Source: Candidatus Promineifilaceae bacterium
Lineage (GTDB): Bacteria > Chloroflexota > Anaerolineae > Promineifilales > Promineifilaceae
Assembly (NCBI GenBank): GCA_041570195.1
Contig: JBFFWQ010000018.1
Coordinates: 466-64,465 of the forward strand
Length of the DNA: 64,000 bases
Direction of reading: 5' to 3'
Under the pieces are notes generated by a model. That model did no database searches, was not told the origin of the DNA, and was given only the letters and a program-made list of their open reading frames with translations. The position numbers and the translations under genes are program-made. Below are positions 1 to 8,442 of the stretch, in pieces (positions within the stretch are counted from its first letter, which is position 1; each line of letters begins with the position of its first letter).

Positions 1-73
1 TCACTTAACACTGGCGGTTCCCGTCCTTCTATCAAGGCATTCGCCTTTGCTCAGTCCCAAATAGGAGCAAACC

Positions 74-1261
74 ATGGCCAAGACCCACAATGGCTACTTT
101 CTAATCGCGGATATCACCGGGTATACCCAGTATCTAAGTGAATCAGAGTTGGAACATGCCCAAGATACCTTAACGGCCTTATTGCAGTTGTTAGTCGAAA
201 ACACCCGTCCCCCCCTGGTCATCTCGCGTTTGGCCGGTGACGCCGTGATCAGTTACGGCTTGAGGGAAAACTTCTTTCATGGCCAGGCATTTATCGAAAA
301 AATCGAAGACACCTACGTAACCTTCCGAAAAGCGATAGAGCGGTTGGTTGTCAACAACACCTGTAAATGTAACGCTTGTGCCAATATTTCAAACCTGGAT
401 TTGAAATTCTTCATCCACTTTGGGGAATTCGGTATCCAGCGGATATCTGATGACCATGAGGAGTTAGTCGGCAGCGACGTTAACTTATTGCACCGCTTGC
501 TCAAGAACAGCGTGACAGAAGAGACTGGTGTTCGGGCGTACGCCTTATACACGGAAGAAGCGATCCAGCAACTGGATACTAGAGAGTTAGTGACTGGCAT
601 GACGCCTCATATGGAGCGTTATGAACATCTGGGTGAAGTGAAGGTCTGGATCCAGGATATGCATCCTGTATGGCAGGAGAAGCGAGAGGCGGTGAAGGTT
701 ACCTTTCCGGCCGAAAAGACCTGGTGGACCGATGCTATCGATATCGATATGCCCCGTGAACGTGTCTGGGATTACTTGATTCAGCCGGAGTTTCGAAACA
801 GCCTCATAGGCACTGATAGAATGGAGATAAGCAATAGCAAGGACGGCCGCATCGCTCCCGGGAGCGTCTACCAGTGCTACCACGGCGATAACGTGGTGCC
901 CCAGACTGTCCTGGAGTGGCAGCCATTCGAAAGCATGCTCCTCAAAGAGCTTTTTCCCATGAATCACAATGTTAGCTATCTCGCCGAATACCGTCTGCAA
1001 TCGATAGAATCGGGCGCCCGACTGACGAGAGAAATCGCCTATCCGGAAGGACCCCTCTTTGGGCGTACGATGCTGCGCGTCATGTCTCTTATGTTCAAAC
1101 CCATCAACAGAAGACTATTCAATAGTTTTAAAACCCGGATTGAGGAGGATTATCGATCCCAGGGCGAGTTGCCGGATTCCAAAGACGATTATTCTGAAAA
1201 GCAATTAAAAGAAGCGGCCGCGGCTGGGCTCCAAGCCTCTACTGGCGGCCAGGAAGTTTGA
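74..1261 (+). CDS. DUF2652-like (nucleotidyl-cyclase fold) domain fused to a C-terminal SRPBCC/START-like domain; function unknown
   Basis: 395-aa ORF with AGGAG 6 nt upstream of the ATG. The N-terminus GYFLIADITGYTQYL...RLAGDAVISYG recalls DUF2652. The C-terminal ~150 aa (RERVWDYLIQPEF...) looks SRPBCC-like. Assignment is from memory. Confidence 0.6.
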   Translation: MAKTHNGYFLIADITGYTQYLSESELEHAQDTLTALLQLLVENTRPPLVISRLAGDAVISYGLRENFFHGQAFIEKIEDTYVTFRKAIERLVVNNTCKCNACANISNLDLKFFIHFGEFGIQRISDDHEELVGSDVNLLHRLLKNSVTEETGVRAYALYTEEAIQQLDTRELVTGMTPHMERYEHLGEVKVWIQDMHPVWQEKREAVKVTFPAEKTWWTDAIDIDMPRERVWDYLIQPEFRNSLIGTDRMEISNSKDGRIAPGSVYQCYHGDNVVPQTVLEWQPFESMLLKELFPMNHNVSYLAEYRLQSIESGARLTREIAYPEGPLFGRTMLRVMSLMFKPINRRLFNSFKTRIEEDYRSQGELPDSKDDYSEKQLKEAAAAGLQASTGGQEV

Positions 1262-1276
1262 GGCACAATGAGTCTA

Positions 1277-1296
1277 TTAGCTGAATCTTCAGCTAA
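1277..1296. repeat. perfect 20-bp palindrome TTAGCTGAA-TC-TTCAGCTAA about 15 nt after the preceding stop codon
   Basis: Read directly; the 9-nt arms are exact reverse complements. No T-tract follows, so I cannot tell operator from weak terminator. Confidence 0.5.
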
Positions 1297-1380
1297 GCTA
1301 ATGATCCAAGACCTGATCTTTTCACAAAGATATTCGTGATTAGCCGCGTATATCTATGTTTTATAGACTGGAGTTGAGTA

Positions 1381-1812
1381 ATGACAGCAAAGCTTGAACT
1401 TACAGAAACGCACAACCGGTCCATTGATAAAGTGTTTCAATTTATTGCCGTCGAACACGTCCGTAACCATCCTCGCTGGGATCCGGAGATGAAATTGGAG
1501 AAACTAACGGATGGACCAATAGGCGTTGGGACCGTCATCCACCGGATAAATAGTCATAGCGGCACTCCAGTCGAAGGGACGATGGAGGTGACAGAATTCG
1601 AGCCCAATCAATCGATGGGTGTTGTGATTCGTGATGGTGGGGCTGAAACGCGAGCAAGGATGACATTCGAGGCCCTCGGCGAGGAGCAAACGCTCGTTAC
1701 CACCTATGTCGAGATTCCCGGTCTGGATGAGTCGACAGACACCGCTCCTCTTGCCAAGGCTATTGGACGCAGTATCCGTAATCGCAAGCTGCTAATCAAG
1801 GCTGAACTGTAG
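1381..1812 (+). CDS. SRPBCC family (polyketide cyclase/dehydrase-like) small protein
   Basis: 143-aa ORF with GGAG upstream. The pattern IDKVFQFIAVEHVRNHPRWDP...EGTMEVTEFEPNQ is typical of the SRPBCC fold. Confidence 0.65.
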   Translation: MTAKLELTETHNRSIDKVFQFIAVEHVRNHPRWDPEMKLEKLTDGPIGVGTVIHRINSHSGTPVEGTMEVTEFEPNQSMGVVIRDGGAETRARMTFEALGEEQTLVTTYVEIPGLDESTDTAPLAKAIGRSIRNRKLLIKAEL

Positions 1813-2009
1813 CATCCGTTTCGGCATACGGACGCCTGATGAGGCAAGACAATTATCGCGGAGGAGTTCTAAAGCCTACATAGAGATTTCAAGCGACGCC
1901 TGCATTAGACAGTATGTATTGCTGGTGACTTTCCTTTCGAAATCCGGTATATTAGATTGTCATTGAAGACAACCGCTCCCTTATTTGATTCACATCCGTG
2001 AAGTCAGTA

Positions 2010-2030
2010 GTTCGAGTCCGATCGCGCCCA
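2010..2030 (+). other. possible tRNA 3'-end fragment (T-loop, T-stem and acceptor 3' strand: GTTCGAGTCCGATCGCGCCCA); candidate att-site scar
   Basis: Contains the GTTCGAGTCC T-loop consensus followed by a 5+7 nt stem-like tail and a discriminator A. The upstream sequence cannot form the matching 5' stems, so it is not an intact tRNA. Confidence 0.3.
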
Positions 2031-2275
2031 CTTTTCCCCTCCTGATTGTACGTCAGCCACAATGTTAAGTAGCCTCACCTGAAATGGCGAGGCATGATCC
2101 CCGTTTGTCGGCGCAGTCCATATCCCAAGGGATGTGTATCCTACTCCAATGAGCCAGTGGAACAGTACCGAACGCAGTTCCCTAACGAAGTCGAGGAGGC
2201 CATCGCAGCCTACCAGCGGGCCAAAGCGCGTATGAGGGCCGAGGACCGGCGCTTCCCGGAAATGCGGCGCGATAA

Positions 2276-2453
2276 GCTCGGCGTCAGGCGGCCGCAACAT
2301 TGCTTCTTAAAGAGAAAGTCCACCCAAAATCGTGCAGGAGATGTTAGGTCATTCAACCATTCAACGATTTCGTTGACACTTGACACCTATTCGCATATCC
2401 TACCTGACATACAACAGGAAGCAGCTGACAAGATGGACAAGATCTTCGGTTAG
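2276..2453 (+). pseudogene. tyrosine recombinase/phage integrase, C-terminal remnant only, frameshifted
   Basis: Integrase C-terminal signature is split over frames: AATLLLKEKVHPK / IVQEMLGHS / TISLTLDTYSHILP. No N-terminal or core domain lies upstream. An 8-bp tandem duplication CATTCAAC at 2350-2365 breaks the LGHSTISLTLDTYSH motif. Confidence 0.6.
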
Positions 2454-2539
2454 GTGTAGCAGTTGTGCTACGCTTCAATCAACATATTGGAGATTTTTGA
2501 GGCATTTGAAACAGTTGTTACCGGAGGTAGAAGCACCTT

Positions 2540-2612
2540 GCCCCAGTAGCTCAAAGGATAGAGCGCCGGACTTCTAATCCGAAGGTTGGGGGTTCGAGTC
2601 CCTCCTGGGGTG
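2540..2612 (+). tRNA. tRNA-Arg (anticodon TCT)
   Basis: Manual cloverleaf. Acceptor GCCCCAG/CTGGGGT, D-stem GCTC/GAGC, anticodon loop CTTCTAA with TCT at positions 34-36, T-arm GGGGG-TTCGAGT-CCCTC, discriminator G. CCA is not encoded. Confidence 0.9.
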
Positions 2613-2669
2613 CTCAACAAAAATACCCGAGTTCAGCCCGATGACATCGGGCTGTTGGTAGCGCGGAAA

Positions 2670-3770
2670 TCAGAAATAGATCACACCGCGTGCCATTTCT
2701 CCGGCTAACATATCAGCATAAGCTTCGTTGATCTGCTCCAGCCTGTACTTCCTTGAGATCAGTCCATTCAGGTCTAGCCTACCCTTAAGGAAAAGGTCGG
2801 CATAGAGCGGAAAATCCCGGGCCGTGTTGGCCGTGCCGTAGTAAGAGCCGGTTACGGTCTTTTCTTGTCGAGTAATTATCGCGCCTGGCAGATTAGTCCC
2901 GCTGCCCATGGGCGAGACGCCAACCAACACAACCGTACCGGCCGGGCGAACAGCTTCCAACGATAGCTCCTGTACGGCCGGTATACCAATGGCCTCGAAC
3001 ACATAATCAGCTCCCCGCCCCTCTGTCAGGTCACGGATGTCCTGGACCACATCAGGACTATTGATTAACACGTCGGTCGCCCCAAAGCTTTGGGCCAGAT
3101 CGCCCTTGGTCTCGTTAGTATCGACGGCGATGATCTGCCGGGCGCCGGCCAGCAGAGCGCCCATGATGATACTAAGGCCCACCCCACCGGCGCCGAAGAC
3201 GACGACGCTGCTGCCCGGTTCCACCCGGACCGTATTGAGGGCCGCCCCCACGCCGGTAGTCACCGCACAGCCAATGAGCGCCGCCACATCCAGTGGCAGA
3301 TCATTGCGCAAGCTGACACAACATTCTTGAGGCACGACGGTGTAGTCGGCAAAGCAGGCCACGGCGCTAAAATGATAAACAGGTTGACCGCCGATCGACA
3401 GGCGTGTTGTACCGTCCATCATGGTGCCGGCCCATAATGGTCCGACGTACGTGGTGCACAGGTTCGGCCGGTCACGCAGGCAGTAAAAACACTCGCCACA
3501 ATTAGGAGCCCAATTTAGAGCGACTGGATCGCCCACCTTTATGCCGATCACGCCATCACCCACGGCTTCGACGAGGCCGGCGCCCTCGTGCCCGGCTACG
3601 ACAGGCATGGGATGCTTGGTGCCACCCGTCACCAGGTGATAGTCGCTGTGACAGACGCCGGCGGCGGCCATTTTGACCAAAACCTCTCCATCGGCAGGCG
3701 GCGCCAATTCCACACTTTCAATTTTAAATGGTTGATGGGGTTCATACAGAACGGCAGCTCTCGTCTTCAT
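2670..3770 (-). CDS. Zn-dependent alcohol dehydrogenase, class III / thiol-dependent formaldehyde dehydrogenase-like
   Basis: 366 aa. Catalytic Zn motif GVCHSDYH and GHEGAG; structural Zn site CGECFYCLRDRPNLC; Rossmann motif VFGAGGVG; GGAGG RBS. Confidence 0.85.
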   Translation of the reverse strand: MKTRAAVLYEPHQPFKIESVELAPPADGEVLVKMAAAGVCHSDYHLVTGGTKHPMPVVAGHEGAGLVEAVGDGVIGIKVGDPVALNWAPNCGECFYCLRDRPNLCTTYVGPLWAGTMMDGTTRLSIGGQPVYHFSAVACFADYTVVPQECCVSLRNDLPLDVAALIGCAVTTGVGAALNTVRVEPGSSVVVFGAGGVGLSIIMGALLAGARQIIAVDTNETKGDLAQSFGATDVLINSPDVVQDIRDLTEGRGADYVFEAIGIPAVQELSLEAVRPAGTVVLVGVSPMGSGTNLPGAIITRQEKTVTGSYYGTANTARDFPLYADLFLKGRLDLNGLISRKYRLEQINEAYADMLAGEMARGVIYF

Positions 3771-3791
3771 CGTTACCTCCAGTGCCCAGGC

Positions 3792-4898
3792 TCAAACCTT
3801 CAACTTCTCCAACTGTTGCCAATCGATCTTCACCCCAAGCCCCGGTGCCTCCGGCAAGGTGACATATCCATCACTGGCTTCTATAGGGACCGGCAGAATG
3901 AAGTCTCGCCTTTCCGGCGTCCAGCCAGGTGGATCAAAGGGGTACTCAACAAAGGGCGCCCGAGACACGGCCGCGGCCACGTGCAAGTTGGCCAATAATA
4001 CCAGGCCATCGCCCCAGGTATGGGGTGAATAGATGGCCCCTGACATCTGGACTTCCGAAGCCAGTTGCCTGGCCCTTAGGATGCCCGTGCTCCAGACGAC
4101 ATCGGGCTGGTAGACGTCCAAAGAGCCATGCTTGAGATATTGTCGTAACGTGGCAAATTCGCGGTTCCCTTCCCCACCGGCGATGCGCAACCGCACCCTT
4201 TGTCGCAATGCGGCCAGGCCCTCGTAATCATGGCGGTGTAACGGTTCCTCCAACCAGAATACATTCACTTCATCCAGTGCCTGGGCCACCCATAAAGCCG
4301 TCTTGAAATCCCAGTGGGCCGATTCATCCCCCGGCATCTGCCAGGCCTGGTTGGCATCGATCAGGATAGCCATGTCCGGCCCAACTGCCTGGCGTACAGC
4401 CTGTATTACCGGGATATCATCTTGTGGATTCGGAGCATGCAAACGAATCTTTAGCGCTGGAAAGCCGAGTTCTTTGAGCCAGATGGCCGACTCGGCCCGC
4501 TCTTGGGCAACTTTTCGTTCGCCAGTGGAAGCATACAGCCGCACCCGCCGGCTTCGGCCGCCCAGCATTCTCCACAGCGGTTGCCCGGTTATCTGGCCCA
4601 TCAGATCCCACAAGGCTACTTCCAGTGGCCACATGCGACCGTAGTGGAACTGCAGCGTATCCAATATTTGCACATGCCGCTCGATGGAGAAAGGGTCCCG
4701 GCCGATAAACAGCTCTTCGAGCCCCTGGAAACCGAGCATGGCGTCGCCGGCTCCCACGCCCTCATAGTCGCCGGCCCGCACCCGGACGATGGTCGTCGTA
4801 TGGCTCACCCTTGGCCGGGGATCCCAGTATGCCAGGAATGGCGGGTCCAATGGCAATCGATAATGCTGGATTTCAATCGCGTCGATGGTATGTTTCAT
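3792..4898 (-). CDS. enolase-superfamily protein (mandelate racemase/muconate lactonizing family)
   Basis: Metal-ligand/acid-base pattern ALKIRL, IDANQAW, WLEEP, AGGEG, YQPDV, SPHTWG. I place the start at MKHT (ATG 4898) because it forms an ATGA overlap with the upstream stop. The longer ORF (to 4955) overlaps the AOR gene. Confidence 0.8.
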   Translation of the reverse strand: MKHTIDAIEIQHYRLPLDPPFLAYWDPRPRVSHTTTIVRVRAGDYEGVGAGDAMLGFQGLEELFIGRDPFSIERHVQILDTLQFHYGRMWPLEVALWDLMGQITGQPLWRMLGGRSRRVRLYASTGERKVAQERAESAIWLKELGFPALKIRLHAPNPQDDIPVIQAVRQAVGPDMAILIDANQAWQMPGDESAHWDFKTALWVAQALDEVNVFWLEEPLHRHDYEGLAALRQRVRLRIAGGEGNREFATLRQYLKHGSLDVYQPDVVWSTGILRARQLASEVQMSGAIYSPHTWGDGLVLLANLHVAAAVSRAPFVEYPFDPPGWTPERRDFILPVPIEASDGYVTLPEAPGLGVKIDWQQLEKLKV

Positions 4899-6808
4899 GT
4901 GCTTGTCGCTCTTGTTGTTGCCAACAGACCCCGTAACTGCAATTGGTCCAGACACGCATCACCCGGTTCGGCCGAGTCCGCGTCCCAGCCCATCAATTCG
5001 TAATAACGTCGTTTGGCCCAGGCAAATTCTTCATCGCTGATCTCCACCCCGGCGATCGGACCTTTCTCAAATGCTTTGCGGACCCGTTTAGGCAATCGGT
5101 CATCTTCGGCCGTGAAGCCCTCCCGCAGGTTGAATAGCCGTGACAGCGTTTGGGCCCGGGCGCCGACGTCCAATATATCTTGAATCGTGTAGTCGAGGCC
5201 GGTTACACCAGAAAGAGCCTGAGCGAAATGCTCATACCGGTAAGGGTAGAAGTGACAATTAACGGCGCAGTCCTGGAAGTGCATCCAATTTAATTCGGTC
5301 ACAAAAAGGCGCAGCTTGTCTTCATTGAGTACGGTATTTGAGAGGGGCCCGATCGGCTGGCCCTCGGGCAAGGCGCTGTTGACCCGCCGCAGTCCTTCTC
5401 CTTCCTGAACAAAGTCGGTGTCGTGAACGTTCATCATGTGATCGGCGCCCACCGGTGCAACGGCGTAACCGATGCCCATGGCATGCTTCAAGCGGGGTTC
5501 ATGCATGGGCAATTCCTGCCCTTTGACGGTCAAATTAAAGGAGTTCGTGTCCGGTCCAAAACGCCGGCTCATACGATCCACGCCCATGGCCATCACGTCG
5601 CCAAAGCCTTCCCTTTTGGCAATCATCTCAACTGAACGAAGCAGAAGATCCGCATCCCCCCAGCGGTATTCCAGTCCACCGGTGTCCTTGGCCGTGAGGA
5701 TGCCCCGCTCAAAACATTCCATCACGAAGCCGATCGAGGTCCCAGTGGAGATGACGTCCAGGCCATAGCCGTTGGCCAATTCATTGGCCTTTGACACGGC
5801 CAGGTTATCTGTCACGCCGCAGGTCGGCCCCAGGGCCGCCATGGCCTCATATTCAGGTCCACCATACTCCGGATTTAACTTGCGATAGTTGTCCTCATCG
5901 TCGTTCTCGAAGACCTGCTTGCAGTTGATAGGACACGATTGGCAAGTGTCCCGCCCCTTGAGGAACATCTCGTAGTTGCGTTCTCCGCTCAGCAATTCCG
6001 GCGCCTCAAACACGGGCTGGCCGAAGTTCCTGCTTGGCAGACCGCCGAGGTAGGACCAATTCATGAGCGAGTCCTGGGTTCCCCGGCCGATACCCTCGGC
6101 GGCCCAGGCGGCCAGCTCTTTGTAGTTGTTGCCTAGCCATTTGGCCGTGGCGGCGACCGGTGTACGGTTGGCGACCGGCACCTTCAATGTGCCGCGAACG
6201 GCTACAGCCTTGAGATTCTTTGAGCCCATCAGCGCGCCAAGACCATTGCGGCCGGCAGCCCGGTTGACATCGTGCATGATAGCAGAGTAAAGAACCCCAT
6301 TCTCGCCGGCCGGGCCGATCTGCGCGACGCGGATACGATCGTCGTTTAGCTCCTGACGGATAGCCGTTTGCACTGGCAAGGTCTTCTGGCCCCACAGGTG
6401 TTCGGCCGGCCGGATCTCCACTTCACCGTTCTCGATCCACAAATATGCCGGCGATTCCGCCCGCCCGCGCAAGACCAAGACATCAAATCCAGTGCGCTTA
6501 AACTCATGCCCCCACCAACCGCCGGCCTCAGAGCTGGCAATGGCCCCGGTCAGGGGGGACTTGCCGCCTACTCCGTGCCTTCCAGAACCAGGTAGATTCG
6601 TACCCTGCATGATGCCTGGAGCGAAGATGAGTAGATTCTCTGGGCCAAGGGCATGAGCGCCCGGAGGTAGATCTCGCAGCAGCAAGTAAGCGACCATGGC
6701 TCTTCCGCCAACCAGAAGCCTGTAAAAGTCGTCTAGTGGAGATTCGATCTCGATCTCGCCGCTGGAGAGATCAATGTGCAGGATCTTTCCATGTGTACCA
6801 CCGAGCAT
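4895..6808 (-). CDS. aldehyde:ferredoxin oxidoreductase (AOR/FOR family, tungstopterin-type)
   Basis: 637 aa. N-terminus GKILHIDLSSGEIEIE is typical of AOR. The [4Fe-4S] motif CQSCPINC is present. GGAGAG RBS. Confidence 0.85.
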   Translation of the reverse strand: MLGGTHGKILHIDLSSGEIEIESPLDDFYRLLVGGRAMVAYLLLRDLPPGAHALGPENLLIFAPGIMQGTNLPGSGRHGVGGKSPLTGAIASSEAGGWWGHEFKRTGFDVLVLRGRAESPAYLWIENGEVEIRPAEHLWGQKTLPVQTAIRQELNDDRIRVAQIGPAGENGVLYSAIMHDVNRAAGRNGLGALMGSKNLKAVAVRGTLKVPVANRTPVAATAKWLGNNYKELAAWAAEGIGRGTQDSLMNWSYLGGLPSRNFGQPVFEAPELLSGERNYEMFLKGRDTCQSCPINCKQVFENDDEDNYRKLNPEYGGPEYEAMAALGPTCGVTDNLAVSKANELANGYGLDVISTGTSIGFVMECFERGILTAKDTGGLEYRWGDADLLLRSVEMIAKREGFGDVMAMGVDRMSRRFGPDTNSFNLTVKGQELPMHEPRLKHAMGIGYAVAPVGADHMMNVHDTDFVQEGEGLRRVNSALPEGQPIGPLSNTVLNEDKLRLFVTELNWMHFQDCAVNCHFYPYRYEHFAQALSGVTGLDYTIQDILDVGARAQTLSRLFNLREGFTAEDDRLPKRVRKAFEKGPIAGVEISDEEFAWAKRRYYELMGWDADSAEPGDACLDQLQLRGLLATTRATST

Positions 6809-6842
6809 AATTCTCTCCTACGTGCGCTACTTTTCTTGCCGG

Positions 6843-8369
6843 CTACTGATGTCCACGTGGCTGCATCACCTCACGCGGCAAGTAGATGTTGAACTCCCGG
6901 CGAATTTGATCGTCGATTTCTTCGGGGACGATTTCTTGAAACTGGTTAAGTAGGATCTCGCGCGCTTGCCGGCGGGCTCGCTCGCGCATATCGAGGGCCC
7001 CTGCTGCTTCCCAATCGTCCCTGGAGCCGCGATCAACCGAGTGTGGATAATGATATTCGCTTTCCATCAGGGCTAGCGTCTGTGAATGGCCGAGGTAGTG
7101 ACCTTCGCCATTGCAGACATCGTGAATGACATCCAGGGAGAGTGACTCCTCGGTCACTTCCAGGCCACACACCAAGCGCATGGCCTGACCGTTGATGTCG
7201 TCGTCGATGATATATTGCTCGTAGGCCACTGTCAGCATCGACTCTAGCATGCCGGCCGAATGGTGATTGAATTGCGCCCCGGCCAGGGCGACGGCGGCCG
7301 TGGTTAAACCCTTTTCGAATCCCGACTGCACGTCAGGCACTTTACTATCAGTCAGAGCCGATGAACTGTAAACCGGCAGTCCGTAGAAGTGGCTCATTTG
7401 AGCTGAAGCAGCGTTCATCAAAGCCAATTCGGCCGTGCCACCGATCATGCCGCCCGTGCGCAGGTTGGAGACCAGGGGCATGCCACCCATCAGAATTGGA
7501 TGGCCCGACCGCAGTAACTGGACGTAGGTAATGCCGGCCAGTTCCTCGGCCACCACCTGGACCAGGGCGCCCACCAACGAGGCTGGGGCCGTAGCTCCAG
7601 CCTGTGGGGCAGATACCAGCGACACCGGAATACCAGCCCGCACAGCGGCCGTCAACGTTTCGACGGTCTCCTTGGCGAAGCGAAGCGGGCTGACCATGAA
7701 ACCCAGGTTAAATGATAAGAACGGCCGATCCAGGAATGCCTTTTCCCCACCGGCCAGCAGGATGCCTAAACGCTTGATATCAGCCACTTTCTCGGCGTAA
7801 TAGCAGCCGCCCATGACATGCTTGTTGGTGGCCGTCAAACAGGCGTAGAAGGTGTTCACGTCGATATCTTCGTTGGGTACGTCCCGGGCAACTACCGGAC
7901 GCAAATAGAAGTGGATATTGTCCAACGTCTCGACCAACCGGCCGATGTCGTATAAGTCGCGTACAACCGTCTCTCTGGCCCGACCTGTTTCCAGATCCAA
8001 TACGTTGACGGCCGCGCCGCCGGTGCCTAAATGCACCCGTCTACCTCGGAGATGCAAATCTGTCCGGCCGTCCCTGCTGTACAGTATGCAATCCTTGTTC
8101 ACGCCTGCCAGGGCCCGCTCAACAATTTCACGGCGGAAGAAGACCCGGTCACGGGCTTTATCCACTCGCATGCCCGCCTGCGCCAGGATATGGCGGCACT
8201 CAGATTCCAGCACCTCCACGCCCGTTCTTTCGAGGACCGCCAGGGCCGCTTCATGAATGCGCCGCACGTCAGCGTCGGCCAGCGGCTTGTATTGCCCACC
8301 CTCCAGGCCCGGCGGTAGATAGTTCACTTTTCGTCGCTCGTGTCGTCTTGAACGCTTCTCTCGTCTCAT
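6843..8369 (-). CDS. MttB-family (COG5598) methyltransferase, non-pyrrolysine type (paralog 1)
   Basis: 508-aa uninterrupted ORF with an Arg-rich N-terminus. Motifs [19 protein letters not shown] and [17 protein letters not shown]. Closest by eye to paralog 2. Confidence 0.9.
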   Translation of the reverse strand: MRREKRSRRHERRKVNYLPPGLEGGQYKPLADADVRRIHEAALAVLERTGVEVLESECRHILAQAGMRVDKARDRVFFRREIVERALAGVNKDCILYSRDGRTDLHLRGRRVHLGTGGAAVNVLDLETGRARETVVRDLYDIGRLVETLDNIHFYLRPVVARDVPNEDIDVNTFYACLTATNKHVMGGCYYAEKVADIKRLGILLAGGEKAFLDRPFLSFNLGFMVSPLRFAKETVETLTAAVRAGIPVSLVSAPQAGATAPASLVGALVQVVAEELAGITYVQLLRSGHPILMGGMPLVSNLRTGGMIGGTAELALMNAASAQMSHFYGLPVYSSSALTDSKVPDVQSGFEKGLTTAAVALAGAQFNHHSAGMLESMLTVAYEQYIIDDDINGQAMRLVCGLEVTEESLSLDVIHDVCNGEGHYLGHSQTLALMESEYHYPHSVDRGSRDDWEAAGALDMRERARRQAREILLNQFQEIVPEEIDDQIRREFNIYLPREVMQPRGHQ

Positions 8370-8442
8370 TCCATTTGGCCTTTGAAACTCATTCGACCCG
8401 CTGTTCCTTCTCGCCGATATCAGCTGGCCACATCATTTCGAG

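Noticed and set aside
2094-2453. The 119-aa ORF 2094-2453 as a genuine gene.
   Set aside because: Only its last ~35 residues resemble anything (an integrase C-terminus), and the motif continues in other frames upstream. It is a composite reading across a decayed pseudogene.
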